DNA of 64,000 nucleotides from Ptychomitrium polyphyllum (Eukaryota): assembly GCA_973851085.1 (NCBI GenBank), contig OZ316775.1, positions 11,284,001-11,348,000 on the forward strand. The letters run 5' to 3'. A model generated the notes under the pieces. The model had not been told where the DNA came from. It did no database searches and saw only the letters and a list, made by a program, of their open reading frames with translations. Positions 47,480-61,828 of this stretch are shown here, in pieces. Each line of letters starts with the position of its first letter. Within the stretch, counting starts at the first letter, position 1. A program made the position numbers and the translations under genes.

Positions 47480-50400
47480 TTCGACTCAAAGGGCTACTAC
47501 ACAGAAATATTGTGCGTTTAATTTTGATATACACAAGGTGTCTTGTTAGTGTCTTATTAGTGAAATTCTTAATCCTTGATATTTGTAAAAGTAGGTAAAC
47601 TCATGGTAAGTTGTATATAACATGTAATGATTTTATTAATATTTTAGAATTTTAGTTTTAACATTTTTTAAATTATCATTGTAACTTTCAATTCTAAAAT
47701 TGAATAATTAAACAAGATTTTAACAGGTACACAATACATCTATTAATTTTTTATTAATTAAAACTGTTGAGTATGTATAATAAATAATAAATATTTAATA
47801 AGCCATACATAAATTATGCCATATATAATTTAATTATTGAATTATAAATCTTAAACTCATAGGAAATTTTTGGAACTCCGTGTATATTGAATAATTTATA
47901 TATATATATCAAATGATTTTGATTTTATAAAAACTATTTATTATAGTAATTCAAGAATAATCTTTTGTTTAAAAGATTTGTTAAATTATGATTAAATATT
48001 TAAGTGTGGAAACAATCATTTATACAATAAAAAGGAGTATTGTGAATCAAAAATACAATTGCAATGATTAGTTTTATAAAAAGTAAATAAAATCAACATT
48101 ATATTTAATTACAATTTTCTACTACATAGCATAACATAAGCATCATTACAACTTACAACTTACAATATATATTCATTTACTTGCAACAAATAATTTCTAA
48201 AGCAGTTTAATTCTTTTTAAGATAAAAATTTAAATTCTACAATATAAATTATTATCAATATAAATATTCAATTGGATAATATTGAAAACTTGTGTGAATC
48301 AAAAATAAATGCAAATTAGAGAAATTTTTTAGTACATAAATATGATATAACTTAAATATTATTAAAACGTAATCAAAAAATTGATTTGCCTAATTTGTAA
48401 AAATATAAAAAATAAATGTAACTTTCTTTTGTTAATTATTGATAGATAATTTGTGCAAAATATTATATTTTGTATTATAAACCATTGATTTAAAATTAAA
48501 TAGACAAAGGTCATTGACATTTGAATTTCTTTTATAGCAATTGTAGCCATCTTTTTTTAAATATCAAAAATACATGTTGAAATTTATATATAAATTATTA
48601 TAGACCAATTTTAACTATTGTAAATAATAATCTATTGATTAATAAATTTAATTAAATGGATTAAAATATTATAATATGTTTATTGGCCCAAAAGAATTTT
48701 TAATTAATGTATACAAAGATTTTAGTTCCATGGAAATCTTCATATTTATTGATATATATTATATTTGTTGAACTCATATATAATATAAAATAACATGATT
48801 ATTTGAATCTGCATTGAAAATATATATATATCCACCAATTATTTTGGAATTTAAGTTTAATCATATTATAATGTAATTACATCCATGGCATTAGATTACA
48901 TTGCAATTGATTCAATAACATGAATATGCAATATTGGAATAATAATTTAAATCATTATATCAAAAAGCCTATTGTTTTGAATTAAATTATAATTTATATA
49001 CTAAATTTTTACTTTTAATTAAATTTAAATTATATTTTTATTGTTATAATAATCCATTTGCAAATCACCATTGTTTTGGAATCGTTATTGTTATTAATTT
49101 GTGTAACAACTCAAGAACCTAGTATTAGCTTTTAAAATTAAAAAAACCGTTATAAAGTATTATTTTAAGTTCTTGTATTACTTTTCAGTCTCAATTTTTT
49201 CAAATATTAGATGAACTTTGATTTTTATTAAATATGCAATGACATAACAATACAATCTATTGGTCCTTTTGATATAAATTAATTTAAATAAATAAAAATA
49301 TTTTTTATATAATATATTGACAAAAATTAGAATATATTTTAATAATATGTCATTAATTATTTTTTATTCTGTATACTGTTAAAAAATAAAGAGCTATTAA
49401 ATCCAAATTTGATTTACAATTATAGTGCCAAGTTTACATGATTATTATTATTATAAAGTAGATTTTAAGAAACTTAATAAAATTTAGACTTTATAATTGT
49501 ATAAAATTTGAAAACTTGCATTTATAATGTTTTTGCAAATTCAAAAATTTGTATAGAATCAAAATAAAAAGAAAATTATAATCTTACTTTGAATATGTAA
49601 AAACAAATAAGCAAAGAATAAATAATATTAAAAAAAATTGATAAAAAGTATAGATTATATAAAATGATATGAATACAAATTTAAATAATTCTTGAAAGGA
49701 ATATAGGTAATTTTTAATATGATTTTAAAATGTAGTATATTAATAGAAAAATATTGATTATATTTTTATATTACCTTCTAATAATTTTGTATTTTCTTTT
49801 GAAAATATATAAATTATATAAAACTTATATTTGGACATGATTTTATTATTGTGAAATTATCAAGTTTTTCTTAAAAAAATTTAATTGGTCAAATTTATTA
49901 GATTATTTGAAATTTTAGTTTTATTTGTATAAAAAAAAACTATATGACATTAAATAATGATGTTGTTATAGTTTTTATTAATAAATCTATTTAAAATATT
50001 TAAATTATATTAATTTTATAATCATATTTTTGCTCAAATCTAATTATAATTATCACACTCTTCTCTTAAGATTTAATATTTTTTAAAACCTATTTTACAT
50101 ACTTTTAGAAATTACATATGCATAAAATTTGGAATAACTTTTTTTAATAAATATTTGGAATTTTTAAAATATTAAATTAAAATTTTTATTGATAAATTTT
50201 ATGTATGTTTACAAATTATAAATAATTCAAATAATAAATATAGTTGTTTTGAATATAATCAATCTTAAAATGTTAATAATTTTTAGTATAAATTTAGTTA
50301 TCAATTGATATTATATTACACTTAAATTTTTTAATTCTTTAATATATTCTAATAAAAGATAAAATTTTAATTAATTAATTATAATATTTATCATTTATTA

Positions 50401-51500
50401 TTTATTAATTAGATATAGAAGCTTTATTAGATTTTATTGATACATCTAAAGCATAAATGTGCATTAAAGTTAATTTGGATATAAAACTTAAAATAATTAT
50501 TATATTACAATTAAAATATTATACCTATTCATATCTTTATTTATTAAATCTTATTTCATATTTTATAAGCTTCCATAAAATTTGTATTAAATATATTTTT
50601 CACTTTTAAATTTTAATAAGATATTAAATCCTATATATTATAAGAGCATTTCATTTTTAATAAATATTCTAATTATATTTTATTCATGAAACATAGAACT
50701 AAATAATGCATCATTAGTAAAATATGATCATTTGTAAAATCAATAAGGATTTTCAACATTTAATTGTAGATTATGAATTAAACATCTTAAAATAATGAAT
50801 ATAAATTAATATGATGTATTTTTTTTGATTTTTTACACATCTATATCATTTAAAGATTAATTTATCAATTTCAATTTTTTTTAAATGCTTTAATAATGAT
50901 CAAACTAGAACTTTGTCTTGAATATTTTTTACAATTAAAGTATGTCCAAATTTTATGTAAAAATTGTAATGTGGGCTAAAATATCTTATTTAATAAATGA
51001 TCTTTAACAAAATAAAACTATATTATATAATACTTAATTTTTTGCAATAATATGAAATAATTACTTAAATAGTAATATTACTCATAGTAATTGCAAAAAC
51101 ACATATACTATAAAATATTGATATCTTTTAAAATATCATTAAAAATTATCCATTTATATTACTATTGTAAAATCTTCTTTTTTATACTAATATTAATTTC
51201 ATTTTTAATGAATAGAAATCTCTATCAATTGTTTTCATTGTAAAAAGGAAATTATTTACTTAGTATAACAATCTATAAAATAACCACGAGTAAGTCATTT
51301 TTTTAAGGCCAATATGCTACTGAACAAACAATTTCTTTTACTATTGTCCAAGTTTTTTTCTTATTTAAAGATGGCAAATGATTTTTACATTCTATTAAGC
51401 AAAAAAACAATACATTAATGTAATAAAGCATCTTCTTTTTACAACTGGCAAACTCAATTCAACCTAAAGAAATGAAGTTCCACGCAAGTAAATATAATTC
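47480..51500. other. Extremely AT-rich intergenic tract, probably fully decayed TE sequence
   Basis: About 4 kb visibly dominated by A/T with essentially no ORFs. It has sharp boundaries against the GC-richer promoter regions of the divergent API5 and NAT genes. Confidence 0.5.
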
Positions 51501-52045
51501 CAAAGTGAAAAAATAATAGAGATGCATAAAGCCAACTCATGTCTCAATCAGAGCATCTTTTTGCAGAGACCAACCAATCCAATCCAATCCAATCAACTCT
51601 AAATAAAATAAAAAAAACTCACGATGCATGGGGCCAATTCATATCACCGTCAACAACAATCTCTTTGAATACCTTCTTTCAAAAAGATAACTTCATCATT
51701 GAAAGGTATAACTTTCCTGTCAGAAAACCTTAATTAAAGTGAAGTTCTCAGGAATCCATGTGCCAATCCACCAAACCAGATTCATGCCTTCCTACATTTA
51801 ATGCTACATGTCCTCACTTTCAATAATCATTAATTCCCATTTTCAAAAGTGAAGATAAATTGCTTCAAATAGGGAATGGGGAATGATATGCCAATAAAAA
51901 AAAACGGGACTAAATTCTGAATCCAATTAATCCAATAAAAGCAATTAATCCAAGTAATGCAATTAACTCCAAAGGCGACAAAGGACACAACATGCATGCC
52001 ATTCCATAAGAAAGGCCATGATGCCCATCCACTCCTAAAGTGACC

Positions 52046-52129
52046 TTCCCCGTTCCCCCGTTCCCGTTCCCATTCCCATTCCCATCCCCGTTCCCATTCC
52101 CATTCCCATTCCCATTCCCGTTCCCATTC
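52046..52129. repeat. (CCCRTT)n hexamer microsatellite, (AAYGGG)n on the minus strand
   Basis: About 13 directly visible units upstream of the NAT gene. Confidence 0.95.
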
Positions 52130-52779
52130 AAACGCTGGTCCACCCCGCCCCCTCCCCCGTCCTTACCTTCGCTACATATTATTGCGTCCAGAATCTACCT
52201 TGCCTCTTCAAATTTCCACCTGCGCCATCGTTAATCTCCGCAAGGGTTACATGCCTCGTAGCGAGAGAATCGACGAGAGAGACGAACGGACTCCCTCTCG
52301 CGCTTCGACGCGAAATCAGCGCAGTAGGTACACAAGCCTCTCAAAATCCACCGATGGAAGTTGGATATCTAAGAGGGTTGTATATATGGTGGGGAGCAAG
52401 AGAAGCGAAGGAAGAGAGACGACCAGTGAGCGAGTGAGCTTGACCAGCCATGGCCATGGCGTTACAGAGCTTCCACTGCAGGGCAGCACTCGCAGTCACA
52501 CGACCTCGCACAATCGAGACGCATCAGAACATGCAGCGGTTCTTCGTGTAGAGCTCGTTGCGCTCCTTGTGCGAGAGATTTCGGCGCCAGAGGTGGAGAG
52601 ACGAAGAAGTTGTGTGCGAGAGGAGAGGAAGAGGTCGTTGTCAGCTCGAAGCTCCTGCGCTCTGACAATGCAGGCGCCCGTTGCAGCTCCGACACATCGC
52701 TTGGGATCGTTCTTCAGGGGCGAGCTTCGGGTTGCATCGCGTTCACTGTAGCACTTCCATCTCTGGGCTGGGTTGAGTT

Positions 52780-52822
<43 letters not shown>
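52780..52822 (+). repeat. (GA)n microsatellite in the NAT 5' leader (GAGA-element-like)
   Basis: About 21 GA units with one interruption. Confidence 0.9.
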
Positions 52823-52827
<5 letters not shown>

Positions 52828-53400
52828 GGGTTTTGGGTTGGTGAAGGTTGTGTCGCATCACCTGTCTCGCATTCTGGCGGATTGGTCAGTTTTGTTCTGG
52901 CGCGGAGACGTGCTTGATGATACGGAGCTTTACTCTGCTTTCACAAGTTTTGGTGGGTTTTGCTGGTTTGTGCGGAGTGTTAATGGCGCTCTGACTGATG
53001 TGAGTCTTGGTGGTGGGAGAGGAGTCCGGTACGTTGGGGGTGGTGGGGGCGTTGGAGGTCGGGGCGTTATATAAGAAGGGAGAGAAGAAGCTTTGGTGGT
53101 AGTTGTGGAGTTGAGTATTGGGAGGAGGAGCTTGATTTGGGAGCTTTCTGTGTGAGATTTGCTGTGCAATGTAGACTTGGAAAGTGATTTTCTCTTTCTG
53201 GGGAGTGTTTCAATTCTGTGTGTTGACGTTTCCTGGGAGATTTTCTGTTCTGTGGTTGTTGTGAGAGTGCTGCGAGGGTGCGACAGTGTGTGAGAGTGGT
53301 GAAGGTTTAAGGATTTTGCGTTGAGTTTGAAGATGTCGTAGGAGCTCATTGGATTGAAGCGCAGTGTAGAGACGGTAAGGGCGTTGAGTTGCGTTCCGCA

Positions 53401-56400
53401 ATGGGAGCAGCGGGGGAAGACAAGTCTGACGATCGAGTGCAACTCCAGCCCGATTTGCCGGGCGATGGGAAGAGGCCTGTGGGAAATCCCGGCCCTCCCA
53501 AGCAGCTGGAGGCTTTGCCAGTGGACCCTGCGCACAATGCGAAGAACTTAGGCTCGTGGGCTCGTCGCACGGGGTACAAGAGCGCGCATCCAGACTCCGG
53601 GGAGATGAATCCGACTGCAGCTGGTGCTCCTGGTGCTACTCGTCCTAGCGCTGCTGCTACTGGGGCTGTTGCTGTAGGAAATCTCGGAAATCTCAAAGCG
53701 AAGGCTGCACCTAATCTCCCTGTAGTAGCTCCTAAGGTTCCTGTGAGTGCCTCGTTGCAACCCACCAAGCCTCCGCCTGGTCAACAGCCGCTTGCGCCTG
53801 CAGTCCCTGGTCCCCGAGAGGGTATGCCTGTGAGAGACTTGGAGAGTGGACATGTTCATTCCCAGAGCGCAGTTCCGAGTGCCCCTGCTGCAACGGGAGT
53901 ACCTGGGTCCTTCATTCCAGGGAGAAGAGGACATGAGTCGCTGAATGTGAGCGGAGTGCAGAGTAGTGCTGGGACGAGTGGGCCTCTCAGAATAGAGCCG
54001 CTTCGGATGGACCGAAACATGTACAAGGACTCTGGGGAGATGGACAACTTGTCGCAGTCGCAAGCCGACGACGACTATCTAACTTCGAAGCATTCTCACA
54101 TGAAGTATGAGATTCGCGAGCACCCTGGGCTGGGTAAGTTTGCTCATTGTAATTACGAGATTGTCTTGAGTTCGTTGGATTCTTGTGACTATCTCTTTCA
54201 AAGGATGTTTTAGAACAGGGTCACTTAAGTTCAGCAAGTGCTACACTATTTTGGAACCTCTGCTATCATTTTGTCAACATTTTGTCAACATTTTGTCAAC
54301 GATTTGTCAGCAGGAACTAGCTTAAACTAAGCTCTTGTGGAGTAAGTGCCTGGAAAATTAATGACCTAATATCTTTCGTTTTGAGTCGGGTTTCTGCGGG
54401 CATAGTCCATGTTGATTTCAACAGCATGATAGGTTCTACTTCATACGATTATTCTGCTTTCAGTTTGACACTTTTGGTCTAATTTAATTTGGTCGTGCTG
54501 TGCAGTTCCATTGATCCTTTATAGCTTACAACACTACCTGTCCATAATCGGCTCCCTAATCCTGATTCCTTTGGTCATTGTGCCTGCCATGGGTGGTTCC
54601 AGTGTAAGTACAAGCTTCTGGTTGTTCTTTTCGTCTCATACCGTTTCTTTGCATTTTCACGTTGATAAGGTAGCCATGAGGGCACATGGGTTGGGTTTGA
54701 GGCTCGAATAACACATCTCCTTTGTGCGATGCAGAAAGACACTGCAAAAGTCATGTCAAGCATGTTCATGGTGTCAGGAATATCTACGTTACTACACTGC
54801 CTCTTTGGCTCAAGGTTACCCCTTATACAAGGAGCTTCATTTGTTTATCTCGCTCCATCTCTTGCTATCATTTTCTCGCCTGACTTCATCAGCCTTACGG
54901 AAGATGTAAGTTCTCCTTTAGCTCTAGTTTTGACTCAATTCGCCTGTTTTACTGAATGACAAACCAAGTGCATCACTATCCTTAGAGGGACTTCTCATCT
55001 TTTTGTTTCATCAGTTTTGGGAAGTTGTATCCACCAGACCGTATGTTATTCTGTATAGCAGCAGGACATTCTGGTCCTGCATATCTGCCCATCTTGTGCA
55101 ATGTATTGCATGTTAATGTCTCCTATGATACAGGAACTCATGTTTGTGATATTTTGCAGTGACACCTCCATGCCTTGTACTTAACTTCTATGCTTCTGTG
55201 TCTACAGAGGTTTAAATACACAATGAGGGAACTGCAGGGGGCTATCATCATATCTTCAGTGTTTCAAACTTTGCTTGGATTCAGTGGTTTTATGTCAATA
55301 TTGCTCCGGTAACACCATTCTAACTTACCCTCTCTAATCTTTATATTATTTGTCCTACCTACTTTTAGTTGAGATGCAAACTAGCTTGGAATTTCAGTGA
55401 CTGCATCAAAGGTCTTATTCAACAAGTACATGTTGTGTATATCTGACTACCATGTGATCCCGTGATGAGCGAATGGGGGGTTCTAAGGCGTAGACCTTAC
55501 TGCAAATGTAGAGGGTGTGGTGTGCACGATCTTGCTTCCTACATCATGCATTTGCCATCTCGCTAATAGTGATCAATGCTTGTGCTTTGCAGAGCAATCA
55601 ATCCTGTTGTGGTCGCTCCAACCGTGACTGCAGTAGGCCTTGCCTTCTTCGCATATGGATTTCCTGTTGTTGGTACTTGTATCGAAATTGGCATTCCGCA
55701 GTTTCTAGTGGTCATCATTTTTGCCCTGGTGAGTGACAGTGACCAATAACACATTCAGTCCATGTAAACTCAGTAGAATGGGAAAGTAGTAATGTTTTGA
55801 ATAGTCGAAATTGCTAGTTCAAGTTATTGTCACTCCTCGCCTTTTGTATTTTACTTAACTGGACAGGTCTAAAAGTGAAGGCGTAGTAACTTTGTCTCTC
55901 TTGCATGACAGTATCTGAGGAAAATCTCAGTTTTTGGGCACCGAATCTTTCAAGTGTATGCGGTATGTCCTGTAGAGCCTGCATCATACCTTTACATTAT
56001 GGTCTCTTGAATTTTCTGTTCATTGTTGCTTTTTCAAAGAATGTATTTCTGGTTGAGGCCGAAGGGATCAATTAGACTGGTAGTTTGCGTTTGGTAATAT
56101 AGAGTACAGTACATTGTTACTTTATGGTGCCTGTATACCAGTAGGCGTCTAAATGTAGTCATGTGGTGGTCTTGTTAGGCTTGCTTGTTTCGTATAGTCG
56201 TTTTCTTTGATCTGAAATTTTGGGTAACATTCGTTTACTGTGTCCTCTTGATTTCACCGTGCTAAAACAATTCTGATTTTGTTTGCCGCAGGTGCCTTTG
56301 GGACTGGCATTAGTCTGGGCTTATGCTTTTTTGCTTACAGAGTCGAAAGTCTACACCTACTCTGGTTGTGACTTCGGTCTGCGCAACAATGCAACTGCCG

Positions 56401-57939
56401 TCCTGACGCCATCATGCCAAAAACAAATGATCACCATGAAAAACTGTCGTACAGATGCCAATGATTCTTTAAGTTCGGCATCTTGGTTCTGGTTCCCTTA
56501 TCCTTTTCAATGGGGTGTTCCCACTTTTCACTGGGACAGTGCAATTATTATGATCGTGGCGTCTATTATTGCTACAGTAGATTCGGTATTGTCGACATCT
56601 CCTTCTGACTATGGTCACTTGTTTCTTTCTTTCCAGATTAAATCAGCACTATGTGTTAATTATCTGTGATGGGGATGATCAGTTTAGTCCTTTTAGGCTC
56701 CCGATTAACATTTTAGTAGAGGACTCAATTGTTGCTTGAAGTATGTCTCCATGTAAGGTATTTAGAAGAAGTCAGTTAAGTTGCTAACATATGTGACGGT
56801 GCAGGTGGGTTCATATCATGCTACTTCCTTACTTGTGGCTTCAAGAGCACCTCCTCCAGGTGTAGTTAGCCGAGGCATTGGAATTGAAGGTCTTACGAGT
56901 TTCTTAGCTGGACTCTGGGGTACTGGAGCGGGTGCTACCACCTTGACAGAGAACGTCCACACAATTGCTGTTACCAAGATGGGCAGTCGTAGAGCTGTAG
57001 AATTTGGGGCGTGTGTATTGATTGGTATCTCTGTTGTTGGTAAGATCCTCACTACTCCCATTTCGAATACTGAAAGTACTTTGAAGTCATTGCTGTTGGC
57101 GAACAGTTATTTTCTACCTGTTTGAAATGGCCATTGAGGCAATCTTGCATGAAAGTAACATGGGCCAAGTGTTCATGTATTTATTTTCCAAGTGACTTAA
57201 TTGAGTTACGTTGAATTTAACCCGCAGGAAAAATCTCGGGCTTTATTGCATCAATACCACAAGTCGTTGCTGCAGGTCTCCTTGTTTTCATGTGGACGTT
57301 GTTGGCTGCTTTGGGCCTCTCAAATTTACGGTACAGTGAGACAGGAAGCTCTAGGAACGTTCTTATTGTGGGCTTCTCTCTCTTCCTCTCGCTGTCTGTG
57401 CCTGCATACTTCCAGCAGTATAGCGGTGCCCCAGTGGCGGGAGTCCCTGCCTACTTCCAGCAGTACGCTCTCTCAGGCCATGGTCCATTCCACACCAAAT
57501 TTCCGAGGGTACTATATATTTAACCAGCCTTCCTCCGCATGCTTAACAGAATAATTTAAATTGATTATGAAGCTTTCATTCTGAACTAAACGCCGTCAAA
57601 TACGTGTAGCTATTTGCACACTTAAAAAGCTTGCTGCTGTAGCTGAACATCTGCCGCACCTAGTCTTCTAAAGTTTGTTTGAATTTTTATTGACCACGGG
57701 ATTGGTTTTGTCCGCAGGCCAATTTTGCATTTAATACCATATTTTCTTTGAATATGGCCATTGCATTCATAGTCGCTTTCTTTCTGGACAACACAGTGCC
57801 TGGCAGTCGTCAAGAAAGAGGCACATATGTTTGGAGCAAGGGAAGAACAGCAAGGAACGAGCCATCTGTGGTGAATGAATATGGCCTACCCTTTGGGCTC
57901 AGTAGATATTTCACGTGGTGTAGATGGATCGGCCTTTGA
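53401..57939 (+). CDS. Nucleobase-ascorbate transporter (NAT/NCS2), NAT11/12-like with long hydrophilic N-terminus
   Basis: Exons about 53401-54133, 54506-54603, 54735-54905, 55208-55308, 55593-55728, 55912-55962, 56292-56585, 56805-57039, 57228-57508, 57718-57939. Motifs: SWARRTG, HMKYEIREHPGL, LQHYLSIIGSLILIPLVIVPAMGG, FGSRLPLIQGASFVYLAP, MRELQGA, PYPFQWGVPTF, NAT signature TENVHTIAVTKMGSRR, GLSNLRYSETGSSRN, LDNTVPGSRQERG. Confidence 0.95.
54267..54310. repeat. 11-bp tandem repeat CATTTTGTCAA x3 plus one degenerate copy in NAT intron 1
   Basis: Directly visible. Confidence 0.9.
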
Positions 57940-59132
57940 GTCCTGTAACAACAAATCGACGTAGAAGTATTTTCACGCCTAGTTCTGAGCACTATGGAAT
58001 GAAATCCTTACTGTTCTAAAGTGTAGACATTTACGATGTGGGCCATTATTCAAGGAAACATCTCTAGTTAGTTCTCAGTGTTACCACCAAATGCTTTTTT
58101 TTTAGCATGAAAACCATTACTAACAAATTGTGCTTGTGCTTTTAAAAGTGCAATCGATTCAATTCCATGTATTCCGGTTTCTAGATGCGATGATAGCTCT
58201 TGTTCCAATGGTATGTTGATCTTAGATCTGGCGCTTGCTTGCTCAAAGTATCCGTTATGTTAATCAGAACTAGCCTTAACCGTTTCAAATTGAAGGTTAG
58301 TGCAGTGTTACCTGCTGGTAGTGATACTCAGGTTTTTTTGATGCAGGAATGCATATTTGCTTGTGACATCTCTGTAAAAATAATATAAGGATGAAACATA
58401 GGTAGGTTGGATGAGTGTACTAGAAGAGAAGGCAGATTATTCTTTTCGATAGAGACTGAACCTGCATCACGTAAAGTGGCTTCTTCATAAAAATAGGGGC
58501 AGAAGTAAACTTGAAGTTTGTTGCGTTAACTTATACGGAAGTCAGATAGATGGTGATAGCCAGGCAGATATTCAAGTTGGATGAGCTCGTACGAGCCTTT
58601 CAATTAAGTTACGTTAAGATTCATTTGCAAGGTTTGTACATGGCCAGTGCATAAATATGATATGTTCTATATGAAAGATGCACAAAAGGATGAACATAAT
58701 CATTGAGACCCTTAAACCTAGTAATTTGCACTTCATTCAAATAAATGAAGTTGTTTCCACCAAAACTTGAAATCAACGAAACGGAATCAATTGTAATCCG
58801 GTCCTATCCTTCCTCAAGACCTGTCCAACTGGCAACCTCTATCACTATAACAGACGTGGTTTAAAAACCACGATTGTCCAATCATTCGCTAGATCCCAAG
58901 AAAATAAGTGATGCTTTGAATCTGCTCACATTCAGATCGTCAAACCAAGAATCCTTGGTTCGTGTTGGTTTTCGTCTCAATCAACAAAATGCAGAAACTC
59001 GTCTTACTGAAAAGGAAAAATGTCAGTCCCGGGAAAAATACTCAATGTCTACATGCCACGAAAAAATTCACTGGCTTATGCACTTACACGTAGAGAGAAT
59101 CCCGGGAAAGGTCGAAGCACATAGAAGCTCGG

Positions 59133-61828
59133 CTACTTCGAAAGCTCTTCCCCTCGCTTAGCTCCAGCTACGACAGCATTGATGAGAGCAGATCGAAATC
59201 CCCTGTCCTCAAGCTCACGAATCCCGGCGATTGTTGTTCCTGTACGAATGTCACAGAATAATTTTGTGCAGTTTCCAAAAACAAAAATCCAAAGAAACCG
59301 TTGGAATACTACTACTGTATAATTACAGAAACCGTAATCAAAGTTTTACCTGCCGGTGATGTGACCATGTCCTTCAATTCACCAGGATGCTTCTTAGTTT
59401 CCAGCAACATCTTTGCAGATCCAAACACCTGTAATGCAAGGTTCAGCAACACAAATAAGCTAGAACCAACGCAATATATTACCTCTCAAAGAACAGAGTT
59501 CCTGGGAAGGACATACACAATGCCAAAGCATTCACACGATTGGTAAAAATACACTGAAAATCAGATTTTTTCAGAACTCTTGTAATACATCGTAGTGACA
59601 ATCAGTACGTTATTGCAGTGGCAAATATCTTAAGGCAGTCATGAATGACACAAGACTTTGATCTGATAGCAGAAAGAAGGCTTCAACTCACCGTCTGAGC
59701 AGCTAGAGACATTGCAACATCACGAGTAAGACCAGCAGCTACACCACCATCAGCCAGAGCTTCTATAGCCATGAAGATATAAGCAGGACCGCTACCACTA
59801 CAAGAAAGGAGTAAATACAAAATTAAAATTGAAGGAACACGCATACAGAACTTCATCCACATTTTGTACAGGTAAATTTGCAGAATAAAGCACAAAGCTT
59901 TTATGATTCGGATTAAAGCCAAAGCTGAAGAACAAGTATACCTGACTCCAGTTACTGCATTCAAGAGTTTTTCATCTACAACGTGGATCTTGCCTACTGC
60001 TTCGAACAAGGTTGTTACAAGATCGGAGTCAGCTGGAGTTGCTGTTTTACCCAAGCTCATTCCTGCCAATTAATATACTGAACCCATCAGCAAAACTTCT
60101 AAAAATAATGATGTAAGAGTACAACTACGCAGGAGTAAATTCTCGCGGATCAGCTAATATACACAGATTACTGGAACAGGAACCATGAACATTAAAGTAA
60201 CAACCATCATATCTAAAGTCATACTGTAGATTTCAACTCGGCTAGCTAACTATCCAACTATTGACAGCTACTCCGCTAGCTAACTCGCAAAAAAGAAAGG
60301 TTCAAAAACTCGACTACTGTACTCCACTAGCTAGCTAGCGGAGTAGTCATGTACAGAAAGAAATGCACCTGCAGCTGTTTCACCGACCATGCACGCCACG
60401 TTCGGCATAACCCTCACGACACGAGCTTCACCAGCCCAATCCTGAAAGCATCAGAAAGATGTTTAGCAAAAGAGATTCGTCACCAAGTATGAGGCAAAGC
60501 AGGTTGTTCGTCCCTTCCACGGCCATTTTATTGCCGCAATACACAGTGTCATGCAAAAGAGTCCTGAACTTGCTGATAAATAGTGGCCTGAATTAACAGC
60601 TCACACAGTTTTGTTACTCAAACAACAAAAATAATTAATAATGTAAGTAACAAAAAGTTGTTTAATATAGAACTCTTACTAGTTTTTGAATTATGTAAAT
60701 CACGTAAGATTAAAGAACTAATCATTCGAAAGCCAAAAAGTTTAATAAAAATTTTCTTTATTAAAAAAAAGTCCAATTAAAATTTTGACTAAATTCGATT
60801 CTGCCCATAATTTCAAAAAATGTTGAGGATTTTTTATTTCTTCTAATTTTAATCTTTTATATAAGTATTTGTTGTTCGATAAGTTTTGTTTCATTTTTTT
60901 ACAGCAGTTAGATAAAACTTTATAATAAACAGATTTTTTATATGGAAATTTCCACTGAATAACTTAAAAAATTTAACATAACATCGCCTTATAAGTTACA
61001 CACTAATTGAGGAATGTTTTCTTCTGAATTTGTTTTCTGTAATGTGAAAGCACAACAAACGTACAGAACCCACCTGTAAATTGGCGATGGATATTCCGGC
61101 AGCTATCGAGATCAGAAGATGGTCCTTTGACAAGCTGGGCTTCATATCCGTAACAACCTTCTCAGCTGCACACATCCACAAATTCAAGACAATCAGAAAC
61201 CACGGCACGAGTATAACTTTCATGTTGATAAATTTAAACTCACATAGATCATGGATTTCAGATTGCAGTAAAACTATCACAGACCCTTCTATGATGATAC
61301 AAAGCTGGCAAACTACAAAAAAGTGAATAACTTGAAACGTTCTATCAACGTTCTGTCGGCATGCCCTAACAGAAGACAGATGCATGTGCAAAAGCATTGC
61401 CAGTAATTGAACAGTACCTACTTGAGGTTTCACCGCAAGGATAAGCACGTTGCTGCTCTCTGCAAGCTGTGTTTCCCAAATATCATATTGCATATTAAAT
61501 AGTGACTATACGAGGAACCATTGGAACCAAATTGCAAAAGTCAAGATACAGCCGCTCCGAAACATTCCCGAGTGCAGTACAACAAACTAAAACAAATAAA
61601 ACCAGAATCAAGCAATGCAGGATGTCGGATTGAAACCTTGATATTGGATGTACAAACTGAGGTGCCAAGAGACTCGAACACCTTCATCCGGCTGACACTG
61701 ATATCAGACGCGCACATCTTGTTAGCCGGCACAACACCCGCCTTGTCCAGCCCCCTCGCGATTGACTCTGCCATTTGCCCCGCCCCTATGAAACCCACCC
61801 GCGTGTTCGACATCAAATCCGCCGCCAT
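59133..61828 (-). CDS. P5CR: Pyrroline-5-carboxylate reductase
   Basis: Exons about 61637-61828 ([16 protein letters not shown]), 61418-61466 (LILAVKPQV), 61074-61165 (LLISIAAGI), 60369-60441 (RVVRVMPN), 59942-60063 ([13 protein letters not shown]), 59692-59797 ([23 protein letters not shown]), 59350-59428 ([13 protein letters not shown]), 59133-59239 ([23 protein letters not shown]). Confidence 0.96.

Noticed and set aside
51910..52234. GN-repeat and FP-repeat ORFs
   Set aside because: Translation artefacts of the (CCCRTT)n microsatellite.
54267..54310. Tandem W-boxes in NAT intron 1
   Set aside because: The minus strand reads TTGACA, not the TTGAC(C/T) consensus; simple slippage explains the repeat.
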